A DNA stretch of 31,562 nucleotides. It comes from a virus (taxonomy: Duplodnaviria; Caudoviricetes). Of this stretch, positions 24,449 to 31,562 are shown in pieces; position 1 is the stretch's first letter; every line of letters starts with the position of its first letter. The stretch spans positions 1 to 31,562 of IMG/VR virus record IMGVR_UViG_3300020042_001096, one strand, 5' to 3'. Under the pieces are notes generated by a model. That model saw nothing but the letters and a program-made list of their open reading frames with translations. It made no database searches and was not told the DNA's origin. The position numbers and the translations under genes were made by a program.

Positions 24449-26055
24449 GCCATCTCCGGTGGTGGCAATGCTGGCTGTCCTTGTGGCTGCTGTTGCTGCA
24501 TCATTTGCATTTGAGCCATGGCTGCCATTTGTTGCTGGTTGTTAGCCTCTTCCATCATAATTGCACGCTCAGCTCGGTTGTTTCTAACCGACATTGGCAC
24601 ACCCATCTTGTCACCCAAGTAGTCAACCAGCGCATCCATCTTCAATGCGATTTGGCCATCTGGTCCCAAATTTTGCATAAGTTGGGCATAATTTAATATT
24701 GCGCCAATTTCTTCCTGATTTTGGGCTTGTGCAAGCGGAGCCACCGGCACCACCTTAACTTCCAAACCATTGACGCGCAATGGCATATCGATCAGGCCAC
24801 GCTCGTCCATAACCTCCAAGATCTTCGCTGTCAGCGGGATCATTGTTTCGTTAATTAAACGACCAAACGCAGATCCAAGATTCTGAGCCAGCTCTTTCAT
24901 GCGCTCGACAATCTCAGTTGCAGATCGTGCGCTCATGTTCTCAGGCGGCAAAGACTCGTCCAACAGTATCCGCTTGATGTTGCTGCGGAGATCGTTAATA
25001 ACCAGCTGCGATACATTGAAATCACCAGATCTAGGTAATGCCAAGAGAGCTGGACCCTGTGGCCCACCGTTTCGCGCAACCGGGATAATCGCACCAGGCA
25101 CCAACTTAACGGTATTCGGATTTAGTACGCCATCATCGGCTGCTGTATACACGCCACTAACGGCCATGCTGGCATTTTTTAGTAGGAGCTCAATGGTTTT
25201 GTTTAATGTCTTAATGTCTGGCAATGCAGTCATCAGTGGACCGCGACCATAAATCTCGCCGGCCACCTTCATGTAACGGCTAATTACCCATGGGCTAGAC
25301 TTGCGGCGGCGATAAACCAGCTCAGTCTTAGATACCTTGTCGATAACGTGATAGCAGTAGTCACCTCGTCCATGGTCATAAATTGTGGCTTCCAGCAATT
25401 CGATATCATCAGTTGGTTTGTTATCTATCCTGCGCTGCATCTCATCAGATAGTTTTGCATCTGGCCACTGCCGAATAATGCTTTCACCTTTCATGCGGAT
25501 CTTGCGATACACATTGTCTACCTGGCCATTTGCACCCTCTTCATAGCTGACCAGGAATAGTGGAACAGGTATAAAGTTAATTGGGTTAACCGAATCACCT
25601 GGCTGCACCATCATGCATGCAGTGCCAACAGATAGATCTAGCAAAAACTCACCCATAGCAATATCAAAATTAGATTGCTGTAGGACGGTAAACATTTTGT
25701 CGCAGTAGGTTTCAAAGATATTCCTAGCCATCTGCTGCTTTTCAAATGGAATATCTGAGCCCGGCTCAAGTGTTGCCCACTTGCGTTGCGGTGGGAATAC
25801 TACCGATTGCAAACGATTGGCAAAACGCTGCGTGCTATTAATCGCAGTGGAGTCAAATACGCGCTGCATCTTTTTACTGCCAACAGCTCCACCTTCCCAC
25901 ACACCATACAATTGACGTTGTGGAAGAGCAAATTCATACGCATCTTGGTACAGCTGCTGAAACTCATCTTTCTTTGTCTGAGCTGCAGTCTGACGTTTAA
26001 TAATTTGTTCTGGTGTTAAGCGAGTACCACCAGGAGCAGATTTATCGTATTCCAT
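24445..26055 (-). CDS. Portal (head-tail connector; T7 gp8/BPP-1 type)
   Basis: FDSTAI, GEIYGRGP.M.ALPDIK.LN, RSATEI.ER..E....LGSAFGRL motifs. Confidence 0.95.
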   Translation of the reverse strand: MEYDKSAPGGTRLTPEQIIKRQTAAQTKKDEFQQLYQDAYEFALPQRQLYGVWEGGAVGSKKMQRVFDSTAINSTQRFANRLQSVVFPPQRKWATLEPGSDIPFEKQQMARNIFETYCDKMFTVLQQSNFDIAMGEFLLDLSVGTACMMVQPGDSVNPINFIPVPLFLVSYEEGANGQVDNVYRKIRMKGESIIRQWPDAKLSDEMQRRIDNKPTDDIELLEATIYDHGRGDYCYHVIDKVSKTELVYRRRKSSPWVISRYMKVAGEIYGRGPLMTALPDIKTLNKTIELLLKNASMAVSGVYTAADDGVLNPNTVKLVPGAIIPVARNGGPQGPALLALPRSGDFNVSQLVINDLRSNIKRILLDESLPPENMSARSATEIVERMKELAQNLGSAFGRLINETMIPLTAKILEVMDERGLIDMPLRVNGLEVKVVPVAPLAQAQNQEEIGAILNYAQLMQNLGPDGQIALKMDALVDYLGDKMGVPMSVRNNRAERAIMMEEANNQQQMAAMAQMQMMQQQQPQGQPALPPPEMA

Positions 26056-26642
26056 TATTCATACCATTCTAATTGTAAGGATGCTGCGTGAGCTGTTCCA
26101 TTTACATTTGTAAGCCTAAACAAATAGTTTGTTAATGGCTTTAATACATATTCCAATGAACCCGCTGTTCCACCACCAGCTTTTTTACCGGCACCGCCAG
26201 GTAATATTTGTGCGTCTATCTGTGTTCCAAGCGCTGTTATTGTTGGGTTAACAATCATCGCAACTTGGCTGCTAGTCGTATAATTGCGATTCCTATTGAT
26301 AGGAGTAAAAGCCGTACCTCCAGTAGCAGACGTTCCCTCATAAATATACAGCTCCGCATCTCCAAGACATAAAGCATCAACAGTCAAGTGTGGTATTACG
26401 CCTGACGCTGATGCAAGGACAATATCTATACTTGCACCATCAGCTAGCTTTGCGCTGTCTGGAGCTATCTTGTAAGCAAACCAAGCTCTGCCATCATGGT
26501 TTCGTTGATGGTTTACATCAACCATAATTGCAGGTGCATCAGCTCCAGCAACAACATAGTTACCAGAATTGTTTTTTTGAGCAAGCGTTACAAATCGTGA
26601 CTTAACATCACCAGACTCAAGATTGGCAAAAGTCAAAGCCAT
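26055..26642 (-). CDS. Hypothetical beta-rich protein, possibly virion-associated
   Basis: 195 aa; TAATG coupling on both sides; PINRNRN and C-terminal LEWYE. Confidence 0.7.
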   Translation of the reverse strand: MALTFANLESGDVKSRFVTLAQKNNSGNYVVAGADAPAIMVDVNHQRNHDGRAWFAYKIAPDSAKLADGASIDIVLASASGVIPHLTVDALCLGDAELYIYEGTSATGGTAFTPINRNRNYTTSSQVAMIVNPTITALGTQIDAQILPGGAGKKAGGGTAGSLEYVLKPLTNYLFRLTNVNGTAHAASLQLEWYE

Positions 26643-27112
26643 TAATCATCCTCTTCTTCTTCAATGCCACCCATGCCAACCAGCGCTGCAGTTATTGGGC
26701 CACCTGGCTCCCAGGTATCGCACGTTCTGCTACCAGTGCAAGGTATATCCCACTCGTCGCAATAGCCGGAACTGTCATTAGTATCAACCCATGACGGATC
26801 AACTTCTGGAGGAGTTACCTGCTCATATTTCTTCATGCAATCATCAATGAATTTTGTTTTCCAGTAATGGCCACAATTTGAGCACAGCATTTCTCTGGCT
26901 GCACGCTCACTAACATTCCACTTTGTTGACTTGATAATCCAGTAAATTGTTTCTGGTGCCTTTGGATTAGCTGGGCCAAGATTAGCTTTAGTAATGCAGA
27001 TGCGATGATTCTTAATGCTCATCTCTTTGTCCATCAACACTTCAGGACAATTCATATCAGACGATTCGCTAATAGCCTCATCTGAAAGCATTTTTCTTTC
27101 TGATCGCTCCAT
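26642..27112 (-). CDS. Cys-rich hypothetical protein
   Basis: CSNC...GYC.....C.....C..W motif; acidic tail; translationally coupled. Confidence 0.7.
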   Translation of the reverse strand: MERSERKMLSDEAISESSDMNCPEVLMDKEMSIKNHRICITKANLGPANPKAPETIYWIIKSTKWNVSERAAREMLCSNCGHYWKTKFIDDCMKKYEQVTPPEVDPSWVDTNDSSGYCDEWDIPCTGSRTCDTWEPGGPITAALVGMGGIEEEEDD

Positions 27113-27276
27113 TACATTGACTCTTTTTTCTGTTTGATGCCGGCCTCAGACATGGCAATAGCTACCGCCTGGTCACGCGATTTAACTTTGTCACCGCTTG
27201 AGCTTTTAAGTTTGCCAGCCTTGTATTCACGCATTACCTTGGCAACCTTGGCTTTCATCTTATCTGACTGTTCCAT
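27112..27276 (-). CDS. DUF6496-like small basic protein (54 aa)
   Basis: Manual translation MEQSDKMKAKVAKVMREYKAGKLKSSSGDKVKSRDQAVAIAMSEAGIKQKKESM; TAATG at both junctions. Confidence 0.8.
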   Translation of the reverse strand: MEQSDKMKAKVAKVMREYKAGKLKSSSGDKVKSRDQAVAIAMSEAGIKQKKESM

Positions 27277-27941
27277 TATTCCCCCTGCAACATTGGTCTA
27301 GTTGATCCACGCCTTGCAGCGCCAAGCCTCGCTGACTTGCGCTCGGCTAATTCGCGCTGGTATGTTGTTTGCAATTCTTCTCTACGCTTTGCAAATGGCT
27401 CTTCATTAAACGGATCTATCTTTGGTGCTGTTGGAACTGTTGGTGCAGATGGCGCTTTCTCTGTAAATGTTGGTACTGGATTATCTTTGTACAGCTCATA
27501 AAATTTCTCACCTGTAATTTTAGGTGCAACTTCTGCAGAGTATCCAGATGGCAAATTTTTAGTGCTAATTTTTTTACCGTCAATATTCCATATTTGCTCA
27601 AGATCTCCTCTTAATAAATCAAGTTTCAATTGAGTCGGAGCATCTATTTTTGTCTTTGGCTGGAAGTTAGATAACGATTCATTAAACGCATTTAGTCGTT
27701 GTTCATACGCAGACTTTGAACTTTCGTATGCTGGGTTCTCAACCTCTTGATATTGCCTCATTGCCTGTTCAAATGGGGCTAATTGTTCGGCTGCGCTTTT
27801 TTGATATCCAGCAAATGCAGTCTCATACTCACCAGTTAATCCAGTAGATTGCTTTTGATATTGAGCAGCAAGCCTTTGAATATCAGATGTTTTGCGCTTG
27901 GCAAACATTGACCGATTATATTTTGAGGTAGTAGATGCCAT
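27276..27941 (-). CDS. Hypothetical protein (221 aa), possibly virion-associated
   Basis: Long ORF in the operon; coiled-coil ends; C-terminus loosely resembles that of the upstream 149-aa protein. Confidence 0.65.
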   Translation of the reverse strand: MASTTSKYNRSMFAKRKTSDIQRLAAQYQKQSTGLTGEYETAFAGYQKSAAEQLAPFEQAMRQYQEVENPAYESSKSAYEQRLNAFNESLSNFQPKTKIDAPTQLKLDLLRGDLEQIWNIDGKKISTKNLPSGYSAEVAPKITGEKFYELYKDNPVPTFTEKAPSAPTVPTAPKIDPFNEEPFAKRREELQTTYQRELAERKSARLGAARRGSTRPMLQGE

Positions 27942-27943
27942 AG

Positions 27944-28393
27944 TTAGACCATCATCCCTGTGCCGAGTTGACCAGCGCTAATACCAAGTTCAGGATTAAT
28001 ACGCTCTTGCGAAAGCAACGATCTGCGACCTCCGCGAGTTCTAGCCTTTAATGCAGATGCTTCTTGAGCTGCAGATTTGCGGCGCTCTTCATCTGCGGCA
28101 TCTTGCACTTGCTTTGCTTTTGCATCCATGGCCAGTTTGTTCTCGGCATACTGTGTTTGTGATGCGGCAAACTGTTCTTTAGCTGTATTTGCTTGCTGTT
28201 GCAATGATGCAGATTGTTTTGCAAACTCAGCAGTTTGTAGCGCAACTTCACCACGCATAGCGGCTGCTTGAGTTTCTTGAGCAGCCAGTGCTCTACGCTG
28301 TTCTTTTTCAGCAGACGTTCTGGCTTTTCTAGCTTCGCTTGCTGAATAAACACCTGTTCCAACTATAGCTGCTGCTGTCCAGAATCCCGACAT
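27944..28393 (-). CDS. Small Ala/Gln-rich virion protein (T7 gp6.7/7.3-like position)
   Basis: Hydrophobic N-terminus, coiled coil, C-terminal GGRRSLLS...LG; AAGGGG SD. Confidence 0.65.
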   Translation of the reverse strand: MSGFWTAAAIVGTGVYSASEARKARTSAEKEQRRALAAQETQAAAMRGEVALQTAEFAKQSASLQQQANTAKEQFAASQTQYAENKLAMDAKAKQVQDAADEERRKSAAQEASALKARTRGGRRSLLSQERINPELGISAGQLGTGMMV

Positions 28394-28857
28394 AATAATT
28401 CCCCCTTTACTAATTGACGATATTCGCCAAGGCCAATATCTGGAACAACATACAATCTGTTTTCCAGCTCTTCAATATTCCTGCAGTTGTCTGGATTTGC
28501 GTAAATATCAGTCCAAACAACCTCCTCTTCAAATACTCTGCCGGCACGTTGAAACCCGGCTGGTGCATCAAACTCAAATGGACCTGTCAATATCTTGACA
28601 TCAGAATCTGTGCTTACCGCAATAGTTCCACGATCAAGCCTTACCTTGTATGCCGTTCTGTGCTCGGCACCAGTTAGTACAGTCCATGGCGGTATGATAA
28701 TGGTTCTCTCATAGATACCAGGCAAAAACTTATGGAGCGTGACAATCTCTACTTGCTCCATTTCCATCAGACAATCCTGCAACTGAACAACCATTGCATT
28801 CATTTCTATTGTTGAAACTTCTTTATTGGCTTCAAAAATGGCTAACGGATTATCCAT
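28363..28857 (-). CDS. Cupin-like (RmlC fold) protein
   Basis: HKFLPGIYER.I.IP....LTGAEH...G...GP......AG.QR motif. Confidence 0.7.
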   Translation of the reverse strand: MDNPLAIFEANKEVSTIEMNAMVVQLQDCLMEMEQVEIVTLHKFLPGIYERTIIIPPWTVLTGAEHRTAYKVRLDRGTIAVSTDSDVKILTGPFEFDAPAGFQRAGRVFEEEVVWTDIYANPDNCRNIEELENRLYVVPDIGLGEYRQLVKGELLCRDSGQQQL

Positions 28858-28863
28858 GCGTGG

Positions 28864-28891
28864 ATTCTATTGGGTTTTGTGGGAATTGCAA
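28864..28891 (-). promoter_or_regulatory. Putative sigma70-like internal late promoter
   Basis: TTGCAA, 16 bp spacer, TAGAAT, in the 46-bp gap after terL; ATG 6 nt downstream. Confidence 0.6.
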
Positions 28892-28903
28892 TGGTGCGAT
28901 ATC

Positions 28904-30451
28904 TCATGAAAATACATCAAAATCCATCTTGGCCACCACTTGCTGTGATGGTGCTCGGCCTGGCTGGTTGGATTGTCTGGTTAGCCGGTTGTATTCACCG
29001 CCACCCAGCAACAGATATCCGAATGCGTCACCTACGTGAGAGTGCTCGTTCTTGTTTGGTGCATCTCTAAATCGTTCCTGGCCGGCACCAACTGCAACCC
29101 GCTTGAAGTGATAGCCACCAGCCAGTGATTTGCGTAGCAGCTTGCAACGTCTGGCCACAATTAACCCAGGCTTGCCCTCGATTAATCGCTGCATAGGCAT
29201 AGCAGCTGATTCTCGACGCACTTTAAAATCATTGCTGGGTGCTGGCTGGGCTCGTAGACCAAGGGTTCGCAGGTAGTCAAAGCTGGTGACTTCATAGATC
29301 TGATCTCTGGCCATACCGGCGGGATCACCCCAAGGCAAAACCTGGTAGCCAGGATATTTGGAATTGAGATCTGCAAGCAAGTGCTGGCCAAAACGCTCTA
29401 GTCCCATATCCTCGGTGACTATTTCATCTAGGATCTGCCACCGGCCATTGGCTAAACGCTGTCCAATAACGGCTGCAGGAGTTAAACCAAAGTCTAATCC
29501 GACCTGAATTGCCTGGGTTGGATCCGGCTCTGGATCTCCGACCATCATATTATCGTCATACTCAGGCCAAACTGGCCGGCCTTCTTGAACGTAGGTATAG
29601 AGCCCACCTGCGTAGCAGCGGATCCAATCAGCGTTTTTACCGGCAAGCATTTGCTGGTAATAGCCGGCTGGTAAGTTCCCGACATTTTCCGCTTTGTTGT
29701 TGATTTTCCACCATTTACCGCCAGCGAATATATGGTCATTGGCTTCTGGGTGATCTGGTAGTTCGGCACCTGAGACTTCGACCATTCCTCCCGGCTGCTT
29801 GAAAAACTGCCACGCATACTTGCCCGACATTTTCTCCTTCTCTGCCAGCTTAAACCACCAGTGGTCATCGTCCATAGGATTAGTATCCATCCAAATGCCA
29901 TGCCAGCTAGCGCCGCCATCACGCTTAGTGGGATAGCGGCCAACACGATGAGTAAGCCCATCAATAACTGCTTTTGGAAGTTCTCTGGCTTCATTTACCC
30001 AGGCTCCTGTTAGTTCAAGTGAGAGTAATTTACGCACATCTTTGGGTTGATCGAGCGCCAAAAATATGATTTCGCAATCAATGCCGGCTGCATCACCCCT
30101 AGATGGCAAGCGGATATGATGCGTAATAGGTGGAGTCCAGAGCAGTGGTCCAAACGTATTCTCTGGGAATAGATCTGTCCAGGTTTTGATGGTGGTGGTC
30201 TTTAGCATTGGGTAGCTATTACGCACAATGGCAAACCTGGTGTACCTGATGCCATCAATTGGGCTAGGCTTTTGCTGTACCGCACGCATCATAATCTCAG
30301 CAGCGCACGCATAGCTCTTGCCGGATCCTACTGGCCCCATTAATCCACGCACGAAATTATTAGACTGCAGGAATTTCCACACTACTGGACTAGTAGAGAA
30401 GTCTAGATTTAGACCAGTGGATTCCTTGCTGCCAGTTTCCTTAGTTTTCAT
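28904..30451 (-). CDS. terL: Terminase large subunit
   Basis: Walker A GPVGSGKS, Walker B AWVNE, motif III DTNP, nuclease GLDFG and SHVGDA. Confidence 0.95.
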   Translation of the reverse strand: MKTKETGSKESTGLNLDFSTSPVVWKFLQSNNFVRGLMGPVGSGKSYACAAEIMMRAVQQKPSPIDGIRYTRFAIVRNSYPMLKTTTIKTWTDLFPENTFGPLLWTPPITHHIRLPSRGDAAGIDCEIIFLALDQPKDVRKLLSLELTGAWVNEARELPKAVIDGLTHRVGRYPTKRDGGASWHGIWMDTNPMDDDHWWFKLAEKEKMSGKYAWQFFKQPGGMVEVSGAELPDHPEANDHIFAGGKWWKINNKAENVGNLPAGYYQQMLAGKNADWIRCYAGGLYTYVQEGRPVWPEYDDNMMVGDPEPDPTQAIQVGLDFGLTPAAVIGQRLANGRWQILDEIVTEDMGLERFGQHLLADLNSKYPGYQVLPWGDPAGMARDQIYEVTSFDYLRTLGLRAQPAPSNDFKVRRESAAMPMQRLIEGKPGLIVARRCKLLRKSLAGGYHFKRVAVGAGQERFRDAPNKNEHSHVGDAFGYLLLGGGEYNRLTRQSNQPGRAPSQQVVAKMDFDVFS

Positions 30452-30881
30452 CTTTATCTTCTATGTCAATTATCTCTGGTGACTTAATATTGATGCCAAT
30501 CACACTAGGTTTATCGCTACCTTCTGGGTTATCCAGCAGTCCTGATGCTTTGGCCAGCAGCCTTAGTACCTGCACTTTGTCGTAAAGCTCGATCTCTAAG
30601 AATGCATTGCCATCCTTATCTACTCTGGATGTAATCTTTTTAATGGCATGCAGTGCGTGCTCTGGCATCTGGCTTGGAGTCTTTACCGTCACATTGCCCG
30701 CACTATCCCAATCCATAATGTCAGTGATCTTGGTGTTGGCCATTGACAGCAAAGCATAGGCAACAGCTTCTCGGTTGGACTCCAGGGTGGCAGAACGCTC
30801 CATCCGCTTTTGGATCAAGCGAACACCACCCCAGTTTTTCAGGCTAGGTATTTGATTTGGATGTTTTGTTTTAGTGGCCAT
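30441..30881 (-). CDS. terS: Terminase small subunit
   Basis: Directly upstream of terL; AIKKI...EIELYDKVQVLRLLAK motif; ATG 30881 in a TGATG junction. Confidence 0.8.
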   Translation of the reverse strand: MATKTKHPNQIPSLKNWGGVRLIQKRMERSATLESNREAVAYALLSMANTKITDIMDWDSAGNVTVKTPSQMPEHALHAIKKITSRVDKDGNAFLEIELYDKVQVLRLLAKASGLLDNPEGSDKPSVIGINIKSPEIIDIEDKDEN

Positions 30882-31138
30882 CAATAATATCTCGGAGCAC
30901 AGGTAACATCTACCACCACTTCAGCTGAGTACCCATTGATCTTGCGCCTGGAGTTAATAACCACAGCTCTGGTGCCGTTCTTCTCGCACTCATTAATGGC
31001 CATGATTACCTCGTTCCTGGTCATTGGCTGCATCTGCTTATCCATCACCAGCTCGATCTCAGGCGCTCTAACAGCAACCTGCTTCTCAGTAGCACAGGCT
31101 GCTAACAATAGCGGCAGGAATAGTATCATTTTAGTCAT
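30881..31138 (-). CDS. Small lipoprotein
   Basis: MILFLPLLLAAC lipobox; two further Cys. Confidence 0.75.
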   Translation of the reverse strand: MTKMILFLPLLLAACATEKQVAVRAPEIELVMDKQMQPMTRNEVIMAINECEKNGTRAVVINSRRKINGYSAEVVVDVTCAPRYY

Positions 31139-31386
31139 TGTTCATACTCCTCAAAAGCAGATCGCCTAAACAAGCTCAACTTAGTCATCTGAGCACCCAG
31201 GGCTTTCAACTCAATACCTTGGTAGGTATTCCAATGGGTTAGTCCATAGCCAGGAGAGACAAACAATCTGTCCTGGTAGTGCGGCAAATAGACTATACCT
31301 TTCAAGATATAAGCTGGGTACAGGCCAACCTCGGCCATGGCACCCACCCTAGAATCAGCTCCTCTAGTTCTTTTTTTAGTGGCCAT
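31135..31386 (-). CDS. Hypothetical protein (83 aa)
   Basis: Coupled junctions at both ends; YLPHY...FVSPG motif. Confidence 0.65.
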   Translation of the reverse strand: MATKKRTRGADSRVGAMAEVGLYPAYILKGIVYLPHYQDRLFVSPGYGLTHWNTYQGIELKALGAQMTKLSLFRRSAFEEYEQ

Positions 31387-31553
31387 CAGAAAGGTATCCC
31401 ATCACTTTTATCTTTATCCACCTTGATGGAAAACTTAGGAGCACCGTTCTTAGTCTCTCCCTTCCAATCAGGCTTGCTGTCTCCATCCTTTTTAAAGCTA
31501 TTCTTAAACGCACTACCGTTACCTGGCTTATGTTCGTACTTAGGCTTATCCAT
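31386..31553 (-). CDS. Small SSB-like/DUF736-like protein ending in DGIPF (55 aa; possibly internally deleted)
   Basis: Manual translation MDKPKYEHKPGNGSAFKNSFKKDGDSKPDWKGETKNGAPKFSIKVDKDKSDGIPF; GGAG SD at the window edge. Confidence 0.65.
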   Translation of the reverse strand: MDKPKYEHKPGNGSAFKNSFKKDGDSKPDWKGETKNGAPKFSIKVDKDKSDGIPF

Positions 31554-31562
31554 GTTTTCTCC

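Larger units (their letters stand above)
30869..31388. repeat. 15-bp direct repeat TTTTAGTGGCCATCA at 30869-30883 and 31374-31388
   Basis: Exact match; both copies span a TGA/ATG gene junction. Confidence 0.75.

Noticed and set aside
12201-30000. Numerous plus-strand and alternate-frame ORFs of 60-150 aa within the structural genes
   Set aside because: They overlap well-supported minus-strand genes and lack SDs or recognisable motifs.
31540-31562. Window as a complete circular genome
   Set aside because: Joining the ends would stop the initiator ORF at about 59 aa, and I saw no terminal repeat; sequence is missing.

Overview
This is most of the genome of a short-tailed (podovirus-type) dsDNA phage. 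The embedded Rz/Rz1 spanins imply a Gram-negative host, and the gene set resembles uncultured freshwater phages. The minus strand carries a long late region, in order: terS, terL, six accessory/virion genes, portal, Bbp19-like protein, scaffold, major capsid, decoration protein, tail tubular proteins A and B, four internal virion (ejection) proteins, a three-part tail fibre/adhesin module with a 2OG-Fe(II) oxygenase, and a nine-gene lysis cassette (GH19 endolysin, spanins). A divergent control region at about 1873-2007 separates two early operons. The leftward one encodes an RHH regulator, a Holliday-junction resolvase, small ORFs and a truncated HTH replication initiator. The rightward one encodes a small serine recombinase, a YqaJ-like exonuclease and a Sak3/DUF1071 annealase. 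No RNA polymerase, DNA polymerase, tyrosine integrase, tRNA, CRISPR array or reverse transcriptase is visible, and the genome is incomplete at the left edge. The main leads are: (1) an OGG1/EndoIII-like HhH-GPD glycosylase domain with candidate catalytic Lys/Asp inside a putative ejection protein; (2) a structured capsid mRNA leader with the same asymmetric internal loop in two opposite orientations; (3) GATATC-centred operators shared by early and late promoters; (4) an AT-rich adhesin + 2OG-oxygenase cassette; (5) an ATT-initiated gene in an unusually elaborate lysis cassette. All family calls come from motif recognition by eye, not from database searches.
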